Source of the DNA: Folioceros fuciformis
Taxonomy: Eukaryota
Reading direction: 5' to 3'
NCBI GenBank assembly: GCA_049999805.1
Contig: JBNGIO010006099.1
Location: 190,283 to 225,242, forward strand
Length of the DNA: 34,960 bases
In this document: positions 1-13,200 of the stretch, one piece after another
Position numbering within the stretch: position 1 is the stretch's first letter
Layout: each line of letters starts with the position of its first letter
Notes under the pieces: generated by a model
Told to the model about the DNA's origin: nothing
Databases searched by the model: none
Seen by the model: the letters and a program-made list of their open reading frames with translations, nothing else
Position numbers and translations under genes: made by a program

Positions 1-7
1 GACTGGG

Positions 8-158
8 TATTGGATTGCACATGCTCATTGGAGGAACGAGTATTTGTTTGCACTTGCTCAGTAGAGGAACGAGTATTGGATTGCACTTGCTTAGCGGAGG
101 AACGTGTATTGGTCTACACTTGCTCAGCAGAGGAATGAGGATTGGTCCACACTTGTTC
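8..158. repeat. 33-bp tandem repeat, about 4.5 diverged copies
   Basis: Units start at 8, 41, 74, 107 and 140. Consensus is approximately TATTGGATTGCACTTGCTCAGTGGAGGAACGAG. The array may continue beyond the window start. Confidence 0.9.
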
Positions 159-365
159 CAGATTTTGTTTGCAATGGCTCACCCATGTCTAAGGATTTTA
201 GGGTTTTGTACCATGGACAGGCAAGCGCACAATGCGCCTGCCTTCCACCATTGCAGTGAATGTATAACTTCGCGCTTATCGCGATTCCACAGGTTACTAC
301 AGATGTACTGATTATGCCTAACCACTCGTTCACTTTGCCCACACTCAACCTCCTCCCTTTCAATC

Positions 366-457
366 CTTGTCATTAGCCTAGACATGGCCGATACCCCTGT
401 GTTGGTCTACTGCTTGTCATCAGCCTGAACAGGGCCGATACCTCTGTGCTGGTCTAC
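366..457. repeat. two-copy direct repeat, ~47-bp period
   Basis: CTTGTCATTAGCCTAGACATGGCCGATACCCCTGTGTTGGTCTAC (366-410) versus CTTGTCATCAGCCTGAACAGGGCCGATACCTCTGTGCTGGTCTAC (413-457). Confidence 0.85.
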
Positions 458-825
458 AATCCACACCATAATGCACTGTTAGGGTTTACTAGCTGACCTC
501 CGATGTCTGCTAGAAGGGCATGTAGTTGCCTGCATTCTCACCTCCCATTCCATGTTTGAGGACCCCAACTTCACTGAATGCTATTCACATTCTGATGGCT
601 AGCCACATGCCATGAAGAAAGACATGGTTGATGATTTGCCTTCGCTGAATAGAGAATGACTTGGGTTTGGATGAAGGAGGAGACGGAGAGCATGCTGCCT
701 TTCAGTTGGGTTCCTTTTAGTGTGATGGCATGGAACCCTGAAATCCTTAAGGAGGAAGCATTGATTTGGTGAGTGGGATGGGTGGGAGGAAAAAAAAACT
801 TATCTTAGGATGATGGCCGGATAAG

Positions 826-977
826 GATGGCTGGATTGAGACGCCCTGGATGTCGCCCACTACCTAAACAGCCAGGTTGATTAGCTTGAAAAAACGGGAA
901 CATGGTTGGATTAAGAAGCCCCGGAAGCCGCCCACTATGTAAACAGCCAGGTTGATTAGCTTAAAAAAACAAGAACG
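826..977. repeat. two-copy direct repeat, ~75-bp period
   Basis: Both copies share CGCCCACTA..TAAACAGCCAGGTTGATTAGCTT.AAAAAA. Confidence 0.85.
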
Positions 978-1891
978 TATAGTCTATGGTGGTGTTCATA
1001 TGGGTATTTTATAAAGCATACCTCATTAACAAATTTTAGAAAACTAAGGAAAGGACACATAGAATATAGAAAATAAAGATAAAATTATAAAATTTAATTT
1101 AATTTAATATAAAAATATAAAAAGAAACTCAAAAAAAATTAAAATAAATAATATTTGTTTCAAGTCTCTCTTATGATAAGATAATCTATAAGGCTAGCCT
1201 CAACCCTATATAGGGAGTAAGGCCCTTTCGGAACTCTAATCCATAAATCAAACCAAAGAAGAAACCTTAAAAACTACACCAGCAACTAAAAAACTAATAT
1301 AGAAAACCAACCTCAAATAGTGGAAAATGAAGGAAGCATATATTACTCACTTGACGAGCGTTGGGTCCAGACGACCTTCCTGAATACGGGCATAGGAAAA
1401 GATGAGGACAGGCAGGAGAGGGAAAGATACGAAGGCACCTATTGGTACTTCGAAAAAGAAAATCAGTCCAAGCTTAAGTACATAATTGACTTTCTTAACC
1501 CTTCGAGGCTAAGCTTGAAAAAGCAAGTCCAACATGAATTTCAAAGTCTGACATGAAACCCTGACGTCATTGAACCCTAATGCCGTATGTACGAACATGT
1601 TCTTTCGAAGCGCGTGCTCACACAGCCATTCGAAGGAAGGTTGCACAGGTTTTAATCTCTCCCACATTTGGTACGGCATAGCACTCTCTCGCGCGCATTC
1701 TGTACGCCATGTGAGGTACCACAAGGCCGTGAGAAGAAACTTTTAATCATACAATTTGCCCTGCCACTTGCCTTACACTTCCCACGGAGGAGACGTCTTC
1801 AAAGTTTTGAAAAAGAATGCCATACGATCTATCGGAAGTATAGCCCCTTACTTACATTCCGATTGTACACTGCACCTCGCAAAGGTGTCTT

Positions 1892-3241
1892 CTAAATCGT
1901 GTATTGCCCAAGAATCACTGAATCCGATGACGTCCAGCTGCCTTTTTCATGGTCTCCGAACACAAAGACCTTCCCTTGCCGATCTGCAACCGCAGTGTGA
2001 TAGAAACCTGTGGAGACATGAGTGATATGGTGGCCGCTCAACGAAGACATTAAGACTGGAGTAAACTGCTTGGACGAGATGTGGGCATCACCAGGGCCAA
2101 GAGCATCGAGAACGGTCCATCCAAATGAATAAACCAGGCCATTATCGTCAACTACAAGCGTTTTGCGTTTCCTGCTGACTACATGAATAGCCCGGTGGTT
2201 CCTCAAAGCCAGAACTTTCTCTGGCAAGCCTCTATCCAACTCATCTCCATGCCCCAGAGCCCCGCAGTAGCCCGATCCCCAAGTATAGACAAAGCCGGAC
2301 GAGTCAATGGCAGCAGCTTGCTCCTCTCCCACAGCAGTGGCCACGATGAAAACGCCCTGGTTGTAGAGAGTTTCCACCAGGCGGGGTCGAAACTCGGAAC
2401 TGGTGGTCCCGTGTCCAAGGCAGAGCCGAGCTCCACTTCCAAAGGAATAGAGTTCGCCAACATGTGTGACAGCGAGAGTGCATGCTGCTCCAGCTGAGAT
2501 GAAAGCTACAGGTCCGAGTCCTTCAATCTTCTGAGGAAGGGGCCTATCCTCAGTGTCGCCATGACCTAGGAGCCCCTCCCACCCGCGGCCCCAGGTGTAA
2601 ACATGCCCTGCTGTGGTGAGAGCCACAGTGAAATCCTCCCCTGTTTGCACCTGCTTGCAGACATGCCCTGACAGAGCTGTCACAAGAGTCGGCTGTAGCA
2701 CGTCCCCGGATACACCATGCCCGCAGCACCCAGAAGCATTGCCGCCGAATGTGAAGATCTCTCCCTTCTCGGACAGGATAGCCACATGGTTACTTCTTCC
2801 AGAGACCTGCGCAACACGCACTGGATGGGGCAAATGCACTAAGTTTGGACCTCCGGAATCCAAGCCGGCAATTTTACCACTGTACATCAGTTGTCCCTCT
2901 TTGTTTACCACCAGAGTGACGTACCTCCCTGTTGCTATCTTGCATTGCATAGCTTGAGCGAGGCCGTGAAGGAATCTGAGAACCAACTTCCACGATCCGT
3001 TGCATCTGGCCAGGAGTAGAGAGCGTGCGCTGGGTGGAAGCCAGCAGAAGAGATCCTCATCCTGGCATCGCCGCCGGGCAGCCACCTCTGGCAAGGAGTG
3101 GAAGCGGTAAGGGACCACGCCACTTGAGGCCCTGAAAGCGTAGCATACGTTCTCCAACCTAGCCAGATCTTCCGCTTGCAGATGCTTGCTTGCTAGAATA
3201 GCTTGCAGAAGCTCGGATGGAAGAGTGCTCAGATCAGCCAT
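1892..3241 (-). CDS. RCC1-repeat (UVR8-like beta-propeller) protein with an F-box-like N-terminus, single coding exon, 449 aa
   Basis: The N-terminus LSTLPSELLQAIL is F-box-like. It is followed by RCC1 repeats (VYTWGRGWEGLLGHGD, YSFGSGARLCLGHG, YTWGSGYCGALGHGD, VSTGFYHT). The motifs IATGRY, GYCGALGHG and RKRKT match the Arabidopsis At3g15430-type subfamily as I recall it. Confidence 0.9.
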   Translation of the reverse strand: MADLSTLPSELLQAILASKHLQAEDLARLENVCYAFRASSGVVPYRFHSLPEVAARRRCQDEDLFCWLPPSARSLLLARCNGSWKLVLRFLHGLAQAMQCKIATGRYVTLVVNKEGQLMYSGKIAGLDSGGPNLVHLPHPVRVAQVSGRSNHVAILSEKGEIFTFGGNASGCCGHGVSGDVLQPTLVTALSGHVCKQVQTGEDFTVALTTAGHVYTWGRGWEGLLGHGDTEDRPLPQKIEGLGPVAFISAGAACTLAVTHVGELYSFGSGARLCLGHGTTSSEFRPRLVETLYNQGVFIVATAVGEEQAAAIDSSGFVYTWGSGYCGALGHGDELDRGLPEKVLALRNHRAIHVVSRKRKTLVVDDNGLVYSFGWTVLDALGPGDAHISSKQFTPVLMSSLSGHHITHVSTGFYHTAVADRQGKVFVFGDHEKGSWTSSDSVILGQYTI

Positions 3242-4271
3242 AGCCAGGGATCAGCTTGTTCACAATGCTTCTGCCGGAATGAGACAGTTCCTTTCCTCCA
3301 AGTGAGACACATAGGATGGCAGCAGCTCACTTTGAAACCTTCAAGAAAAACAGCCCCCAGCCTGAACGTATCAGAAGCTCGACCCTCTGGACCTTCAAAA
3401 AAATACTTGTTATCCTGAAGTCTCCTAGCATGTGAAACTTAATTCGCCTGAAGGTATTGGAGACCGATCACAGCACAAACATCAAGCCCTTGTGCCTTCT
3501 TTTAACTTCCACGCCTGCACGTATCCCCGATCGAGTGCTGTTGAATCCAATTCCTGGAGGAGCCTTTGGCTATTGTGCTGTGTGCTGTACTCTAAGGTCG
3601 TCTCCCATTCCCGTTTCGATGAAGTTGTATGGGACTTGGACAAAGTCCCATACAGTGACCAAGTACGCAAGTCTACGTCGTCTGCTTATTACAGAGGAGG
3701 CGTGGCTAACACGCAACAGTTGTTGGATTGCCAAGTTAAGTCAATCATCGGATTTACAAGTTGTTTACTATCGCAAAGTTGGTGCATGGCACGCACGTCT
3801 TCGTGCCAGGCCATGCCTATCAAGGTCATTGTGCATATTGGTGACAGTGCTGCGTGAGGACACCTTCCATTCCTATTCGGAATCTGCGAGCTTTCCTCTT
3901 CTCCGTCACCAATGCTCCTGGAGGTTTGCAAGCTCCTTAAGCTTACATTCTGCGACCAAGAGCGGAATCGCATCAGCTTAAGTCACACAAGATAACCAAA
4001 TCAGATGCAACGCTCTTGTTAAATCATATACCAAGGAAGACGAATGCTGAATCGAAAGACCGAGAAGAGGACGGCCATCACCGCTCGGGAGTGTGCTTGC
4101 TGAAGGACAAGTACAGGAGTATTTTAGATGAAAAGCAAGACGCAAAGCTGATCGTGAGATTAGAGCAGCTAGGGCCAAGATGTAGTTACCTGATGCAGTC
4201 ACCCTCATCAGGGAAGCCCGGCTCTGAGATTGTCACGATTGGTTCTGTCCCCGAAAGGACCTTCAGTAAGG

Positions 4272-7200
4272 TTATAAAGGCTCCAGGGTGATAGTTGCTT
4301 TAGTGAACACTGTTAGTACAAATGGGGCCTCCTGCCCTGGAGCATACGTTGTCGGCACAATTGTATAACCTTTGGGGTCCGGCTCCAGGACCATCTCACA
4401 GGCAATCTCTCTTGAGTTGACGTAATCAGTATGCCCCACGGACTTATGCATGAAGATAACAGGCCCAGCCCTCCGCCCTTGTGTTTTGATAATCCTCATC
4501 CCAATGTAAAAATGAGTGGAGTCATTGCTTGGCTGGTAGTTGTCAAAACTGGTGCGCTTCCTTGAAGCAAATTGTACACCCTGAACACGAGATCACCAAT
4601 TAGGAAAACGGTTGTGGCTGTGATCCCCGCTAGAACATAGGCTACGACAGATCGTACCTGAGTCAACGTTACAAAGACATGAATTGGATGTCGGGCATCT
4701 GCACCGACAGCTCTCAAATGGAATTGAGGATTTTGATGCCATGTTTCAAACTCCTGACAACCACCTGCTGATGCACTTCGCCACTGGCCCCGCACAGGGT
4801 ACCTCATTTCTGGAGGATAGATTCGGCAGACATATAGAGACCTGAAGTGAAGCTGAAAGTCTTCCCAAGACATCCAAAAGATACCGTCCGAAGACTGCAG
4901 GAAACAAAGCATTTGATCAGCAGAGATTCCATCAAACCTGGATGCCAAGAGGATGAAAGAGATTTCAGGTTTCACATCGGAAGAAAAATCACCTGGGGCA
5001 TGTATTTTAGTTTATGCTTCATTCGATCAGTCCACTCTGGGGACATGTCTGACCATGGACCATTCCACTCCACCTCGTTAGCCCATGGATTTCGAATCTG
5101 CACCAACTTGTGGCCATCTGCCTCTCTCACCTACAAATTTGATAGCAAGGCATCAACATCACTCCAGGTATATGTCTGGAGACACATGCACCATAACTTT
5201 GAAGCTACGAGAGGCAGGAGTCTTGCAGGAGAGGCCAAGAGACACACCTGAAGCACAGCGTATGCATGGCCCTGCACTATGCCATTGGCAGAGACCTGTG
5301 CATCAGAACCCGACGGACTGCCAGCCCCTAACAAAAATCCTTCCTCCTTGAAGCGGAGCAATTGTGACCACAGCTTTCCACTGCCAAGATCAAGCTGGGC
5401 TTGAGTTGATGTCATGTCAATTTCCTCCCCAGCACCACCTGTCAAGTCCACTAATGCGTCCTGAACTACTCCACCTTCCAAGGCTTCATAGGACCCATGC
5501 AGTTTTGCATATGCCTTTTCTAGTATCGATACCCACAGCTCTACGACCCTTTTGCTTGTTGCAAACGCAGGCTTGCCATGTGACTCACAGGGTATCCAGT
5601 CATCCACCACGACTGGAACCCATTCGCCCTGTAGTCCAATCAGATTACCCACAGTTAAGTCGTGGACCATTGCCCAGTTATGTGTAGTCAGGACAGGCAC
5701 TCAATAACTGCATACCTCTATGCAAAATCGGACTGTGTAAATCCCTTCCTGGTTGTACTCTGGAGTGATGATAACGTCTTTAATTCTTGAGGCCTCCGTG
5801 AGCACTGCTACTGCACTTAAAAACCAGCAATTCCCCAATCGCCCCTGCTAGCAAGGACAACCAGACGATAAGAAGAGAAAATACTGGACTGGCCTGTTAG
5901 GCAAGAAACCTACACAGCCGGCTTGTACACAAGGCATGTTTTTAACCTGACAGACGTCTGAGGCATTAGGAGTTCCACTGAACAAACAAGGTCGCCCCTC
6001 GACAGCTGCTTTCTTGAGGACCTCATCAGGCCGCTCCCATTCAGTGACCACCTGCAATGTCTCACGCAGGATTCTCAAAAAACAGCACTGAAGTGCCGGT
6101 GGCAACCAAGACACTCTCTGCACTTGACAGCTCAGACTTTGTGGAGAAAATGCTTGCCTGCAATTTTGACAAAGGGTTTGATGAGTCCACAAACAAGGAA
6201 TAATCGCCTGGAGGAAATTCTTGGTCCGTAAACCTCGCTTCCCCCCGAGCAGAAAGTGCTTCTCGAACCGCTAGCTCCACTGCTCGCATTCGTTGATTTA
6301 CTTCTTCGTGAGTTTCCATCTTAGGTTTCCTCAATTTCCTGGAGGCGTATTCCATGTCCAAGGCGATCGTTTCTCTTTCTGCTTTTCGCTTTCTTCCTGT
6401 TGTCTGCTGCTCTTCCCAATATCCTTCATCCCAGTAGTTGATAGCTTCAATGTTCAGGGGATCAGCCGCATATGCCCAATCATCCACCTGTCAAACAAGA
6501 CTTTCATGAGACCAAAGACATGATGACTGGGGAAGTGGCCACAAATTTGGGAGTACTTACTGCAGGTGACTCCTCTACAGGCCACCACTCTTCCTCGGGG
6601 AGTGCGCCTAGATCATCTGATAATACACTTGCGTGAACAGTGAGAACTTCTTCTTCAGACAAAACTCTGCTCCAAAGAAACACATCCATGATGTGCATAC
6701 GTGACTCCACACCCTCACTGTCGGAGCGCCCAAATGCTTCAACATCCATTGCAGGTTTCATGCCCACAAATATTTCTGTGCCCTCTTGCCAGACACCCGA
6801 ATCAATCGGCAGTGGCAAGCCGCTTTGAATGCCATCAAAAACACCATCCAGGTATGCGGTAACTTCGCCCACCTCGGCATCAATAGTTACAACCACAGTG
6901 TGCCACCTAAACAATCCAGACAAAGCAGATGGACAATGTTCTTAGCCAGCAAATCATAAATGAACAGACTTTGAATTGTCAGTGAGACACTCAGGTAGAC
7001 ACCAGCCCACCTTCCATCAGCAATGCACGTGCCCCCAATGTTCCATTCTCTTAAGGTACTTGTTTGAGCAGCACCTCGCACAAGTCGAAGCCCAACTTGT
7101 CCTGCTTCAAGACCCTGCTCTGCCCCTGCAATATATACTTCCCAGCACACTTGACCATAGGACTCGGACCCAAACATGTAGACTGGCCCTGACTCAGGCT

Positions 7201-10200
7201 GCACAACAATAGCTGCTGATATTGTCACCCGTGAACTTCCACACAAAGATGCATGAACAGGGCCACAAGGCCTTCCACCAGTTCGAGGCTCATCATCAAC
7301 GACACAAACAGCTCCTTGAACTCCAGTCTGCACAGGATGTCAAGGAATAAGTCATCGAAGGCTGCTAAACATACGTGATGCAGTGCTGCCCCTTCTATGA
7401 CGTGAAACAAAAATTAAGTAAGCAAACCTGCTGGGCGCGTCGAACCCGATGTGCTGTCAGGATGCGGCGTGCAATATTAGAGACCTGGTCAGCAAGCCTG
7501 CTGTCATCCCGAAAGACGTCAGCCCCAACAGCTCTAACGGCTGTAGCCATTGCTGCAGCTTCCTTGGTGCCAACATCAGGAACAGAAGATATAACAGATG
7601 CCTCCATCTCCTTTCGGCGCCTTTCCTCCTTCTCCAACAGAGTTTTCCTCCTCTCCCTACCTCTTCCTTCTTCTTCTCGTCGTTGAAGAACTAGTTCCTC
7701 TTCAATCTCCTTCTCCCGCATGTAACTGCATTTGTTCTCACCCAAAACCTTAAGTGAGTGCATGATCTCAAAAGTTTGGTGTGGCTTCATCAGTGTCCAA
7801 GAAGCTGTAAAAATCTACCTCTCTTGCACTCTTTCAAACTGCTTCCGATCTTCTGGCGTCCATGTTTTTATCTTCTTCGCACTAAGGCCAGAAAATCCAA
7901 TACTGTCAAGGAACAGCCGGAGGCGCACTTCATCCTATCACCATACCAAAGAAGCAAATAGTTAAACCCACAGAACGCCAACCCATAGAATGTGAGCAAG
8001 ATGCAATGATGGTCCCAATCGTACCTGCACTTTCTCCGCCCTGGCTGCAAGCCCCAGGACAAGTAACAAGTATCCTCCAAATTTATCCCACATGTACACC
8101 CACTCCGTATCTATTGCCTCCTCCAAGGCTAGTATACGAGCATGGGCACACATCTTCCTTCTGTAGCCAATCTCCAAAGCTGTGTCCTGCCTACATACGT
8201 ACGGGGTGCTTGGAGCCCACCACAATCCAGCTGCATGTTCTTCGTTCCGTAGCCGTTCTCGCAACTTCAAAACATCAGCTCGTGGGAGCACAAAATTGCC
8301 TGCCTTGTCACGAGAGATTGCAGTGTCTCCAACAAGAAGAGCAGCTGAACTCGCTGATCTTTGAGGAGCTGAATAAGTACCAGACATGGCACTCCTAGAC
8401 TGTAATGCAGCAGACCCGCCGGTCAAGCATGGACCTACTTTGCAAAGTATAGCTAAGATCACATAAAAGAACAGTCCGAAGCTTGCACACCTTCTTCGAA
8501 GACCTCACTATAGCCTGAACGATGGTGTCCTTGCTAAGAAAGTGAACAGCATCTTCAATCATCTGTATACGGCAACAGAAACATTTTTATTTCAGTTTGC
8601 CAACCAGTGTGTATGAATTGTCTCAGAATACTTAAGGGAAGAGCTGGTGAGAAACTTAACGAAAATGTGAAAACACAAAAGATCCTCACCCTGAGGGTCA
8701 AACATGGACGAGAAACTGCAAACCCAAAGGCTACTACGAGGGTGACAGCAGACACAGAAGCCCCAGCAAATGGAGGATAGATCTCAAGACTGGCCACAAC
8801 TCCCCAGCCAGCAGTTGCCAGGCCGATACCGTATAGCATTAGAAACGCAGAACTACACCAAACAAAGTCGTCATCAACAACCCGTCAAAGCTAAAAAGCT
8901 AAGCACTGAAAAGTTAATGCCAACCAGTTGCCTCCCGCTGTGGCTTACCTGACATTTTTGGCAGTATCTGAGTTGGCGTCATACACATAAACAGGAAGCA
9001 CACGAGGGGAATAAATAACAACAGGTGGAGATAACAGGACCTGCAGCGAAAAACAAAAATCATGATAAAACAGTTGATTTGGAAGGAAAGGTAATTTAGA
9101 GACAGGTGTCCTGTGATGCTAGGTGTTACCGTCAGTGATCGACCCCCAAGAAGGAAGAGTAGAGCAAAGTATCCTACAGAAGCACCTACGAATGGCTCTC
9201 CTGCGAGCACCATTCCACAAAAAGATTAGCTGAATAATGCATTGCATGTGCGCATGATCAATGAAGCCCGAAACAGCCCATTTTACCTGCAAGAAGTCCT
9301 ACAAGGAATGATGCCAGAGCGAGGACAAACGTAGCCAAGCTGACTAGAAACATCTCCATTCGAGTCAAGTAGAAGTTATGAGACACCCAGTGATGCACAA
9401 CACCGACAGTCAGAATGACCAGTAGCAGAAACAAGAGGAACGCCACTCCAACCTGCCAGACGGTAAAAAAGTTTGTAATGCCTCCTATTATTCAAACTCA
9501 TTTCACACTGGTCAATACAGACCACGCTTGGAACCAAACAAGGCTTCAACGAATAAAGTAGCCACCATCCAGGGATTGATTGTCGCAATGACGGCCGATA
9601 TTGCTCCTAACAGAAGAAGAAGCCCAAACCCCAGAAAAAAACAGGATCCTCTTGAACACTTCCAACATTCATCTTTCCTGAAAATTGCCAAAAAAAAAAA
9701 AAACAAATGAAGTTAAACGTCGCTACCCCCACTGAGAGCACAAGGAGCTCGAAATTCATTCAGAATTTGTTCTGGGTGATGTAAAACATGAATGATAACT
9801 CACAGTTTATAAAGTCCACATGACAAGGAGAACACCGCTGGAATGCAGAGAAGTGGGAGCAAAGCTGCCAAGAAATCAATTTTCAGTGGAGCCTGGTCTT
9901 CTCTCGCATGGATGACACCAGCATAAGACCCTCCGCAAAAGCCAACAAGCACAACTGCAAACGGAAGCCCAAAGAGCAGTTAGTCATTAAACCAAGAACA
10001 CCCCGACAGTGCCAGCAACATGGACCAACTTACCGATGAAAATGCTGACACAGATGGCAGATGACAATGTGAACCGGTATGTTGCAAACCAGGATACAGC
10101 TGGAAGAGCTCCAGTTATAAGAAGAGCCAATGCTGAGGCCACCGCCCATCCTAGGTAGTATGATGATGTATATGGGGATGAATTGATCCCTGCTACTCCA

Positions 10201-13200
10201 GCATGATGCCTCAAATTTTTCAGAGGTTCAAACGATATAATCGTGCCAAGTGCCAAGATGCATGTGATACACAAACAAATTGCAGCAGTCATGACAATAT
10301 CCTGCAACACGACACCATAGAATCAGCTCCAAGCTACCAAGATCCGTTCACTGCATAGACCTTGACACAGACTCTTGGCACAACAAAAACTCAACTAGAT
10401 TGTCTAACAAGGAGCTGCGAAGTGACAGACAACCATACCTCACGTGGCCTGGAGACACCCTGAGGATGTGAGCGACGGGATTCATCATCTTGGTAATCCC
10501 AGACAGGAGGCATATAGAACCTATAGCCATTATGTACATAGATTGGGAGGGCTACCACGAGAGAGGCTACCAACAGCGGTATTGTCACAGAGAGGCCGAG
10601 GAGCACTGAGGACTTACTGAAAATGTTAGCAATCGCACAGGTCAGAACAAGTGCAATCAGACTACCCTGCCACAGCTGCCATTGTAACGCAATAAAAGTC
10701 TGGCACAGATTTGTACCTGAGAATGGCCAAGAGCAAGCCAACACACGTGCTAAGCAGCCATGCTAGAATGCCGAACTGTAGACACGCAAGAAAAGGATTT
10801 AGACCCAGCGCACACCACCAGAATCCAAACTTCTTGATCTCAGATACAATGAATAGGTACCTTTTGCACTCTCCAAGTCAGGCACATGTCCTCTGCTTGT
10901 AGGGCTCGAAGGAAGGCCATAATAGAGCATATTACAGGAGACAAAAGCAGAGAAGCTATGCCAAATTCAAACTGCAAGGGACAGCAAGGCACAATCATGT
11001 CAATGATCCACTCTTAGAGCTGGAACACATGAAGTTCATGGTGAATAGAGCACTGCGTACCTGATCGTGGCTGGTACTGATGACAGACACTGGTTTGGGA
11101 CGAAAGACAGCAACGATGACCGTGTCCGCTACAAACACAAGACTAAAAAGCACCCACATCCTCTCTGGAGTGCCTCCAACACACTGAATCACCTGACGGG
11201 TGAACTGCAACCACTTCTCAAGCTGGTGCCGTTTCAGTTCATCGGACCAAGTGCTTGCTTCTTCAGTAGGCACATTTATAGATTCTCCACCTCCAGCTTC
11301 CTTGCTATTATCCTTGTGGTCGCGGTCTGCATCAAGGCTGCTCCTCTGAAGCAGCGCCAAAATTTGTGGGTCAAAGCCCTTCCCAGCCAACATGACTGCA
11401 AAATTTGGATCCAGCCCTCTCTCCTCAAGCACGGCTGTTATGTCCTGTTCCGCACCATCCCGCTTCCAGTCAGAAGACTCTTGTTGCTTCAGCCTCTCCT
11501 GCAACATTAAAGCCAGGCTGCAGTCCAGGGCTTGCTGATCTGCTGGAGCCAAACGAATGCTATTTGAATCTAGTTCTTGTCCACTGCAAAGGACAGAGCC
11601 AGTGCAAGTTGCTTCGGGCTCTGGATATAGAGGGGCAGGGCTCGTGGCATCAGAACTTATGCTGCTCGCCTGCTTTTCCTCTGACGAGGCACTAGTGTCT
11701 GCATCTTCGGCTCCAGCCTGATAAGAAGCAGAGTCATTAGTGTTCTGGTGAGATACCCCTGGAGCAAAAAGGGCAACGGCTGATCCCCTGAAGTTTTCTT
11801 TCTCGGGGTTGAATGTTGCCATACTATCTGCAGCATTACCACCTGTCCCGGTTGCTGCATTCCAACTGTGAACAGATTCCCCTCTGTTAGAACCATCAGT
11901 GTATCCAACAAGATGAGCTCCCTCGACACTGCTGCTTCTCACAGCACTTGAATCCCGGCCCTCAGAAAAACTTGAGGAGCTACCAAGGCCTCTCCTTCGA
12001 AAGCCCTCTCTTAACCTGACTACCGTATGCTGAAGGGCTGCTCGTCTAGCATCTGACGGGTTCACAACTGCGAAGTGTCGCACAACTGCAGCTCCAAGAA
12101 GAACCGAGGCAACAACAGCATATCCTATACAGTGACCCAGGTACCTACCACCAAACAAGACCCGTCAATTAGCAATCACGGTGACCCATCAGCTGGCTCT
12201 AGAGTGTAGACATGAGGAGACACAAACGAGAGGCGAAGACAACGACAATTGCACACATACCAGTATTCTACCCCAAAACATATCAGGAATATTCGGTATA
12301 ACCCGGCCAAATAAAGGGCTATAACGTGACTGCTCAGCAGCTTATAACCAAACATACAGACACCCATCTTCGAATCTGCACAATACAGTCATGACAGTAA
12401 GCACAACAGAACCAGGTCCTAACCCCTTTCACAACGTGCTATGGCTCTCTGGCAGCTCGTCCCTGGCTGTAATCCACAGGATCGACCCGTTCCAGTGGGC
12501 CTTTCAAGTTCTTACCCAAGATGATAACAGCTGCCGACGTTACGCCTCCAAGCCACTTGGCTTTCTGTGCAGTGAGGGCGTATACCACCGAGTATACAAG
12601 AAGAACCAGCACAGAACCAGAGTACAAGAGGATAAGCTGGGAAGGTCTGCAATTACGAGTGGTCAGCGATTTTTTAGCGCGTCAGTAGAAGACCCACCTA
12701 ATTACGCTGGACGCATTGCAACAATCTAACCTTTTCCTTTTACGCAGAGAGGGGTCTTTAGGATCAGGTGGCTCCGGCAAAAAGGCAACCGGACCGACTT
12801 CAATCCCATCAGCATATGCGTACTTGTATGATCTCCTAACATATTCATCGACATCCACACCAGATCCTGCATGCATAGCACAGAAAGTGTCACACCTCAT
12901 GGCGGATGTACGACGTGGGAGCGCCTCAATCCAAACCGTCACTCACCATGGAAGACCATCTTGCATATGAAGAGCATGTTGATGCCCATCGAAATGGCTG
13001 AAACACCAAAGAAGAATCCTGAGGGTGAAAAGCGCCTTGACGCACTTCTCCCCGCGGACACATAGACAGCACAAAACTCGTAAGAACAGATCAGGGCCAC
13101 CGCTAACAGCAACAACAGAGCCACCGCACCTGCAAGCAAAAAGTTCAAATGGGATCAGAGGCAAAGACAATAAGCTGCTGCTGCTGGTGTCCAGAGTTGT

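Noticed and set aside
15-385. Protein with an 11-aa repeat encoded by the 33-bp array
   Set aside because: The unit length is a multiple of three, so open frames are expected. The region is cut by the window edge and no family is recognisable.
1509-1724. Possible LINE C-terminal fragment (LWYLTWRT)
   Set aside because: Only one loose motif, with no RT, zinc-finger or endonuclease sequence nearby.
3432-4291. Several 60-170 aa ORFs between RCC1 and DEK1
   Set aside because: No recognisable motifs. The position fits the DEK1 3' UTR and the RCC1 promoter/5' UTR.
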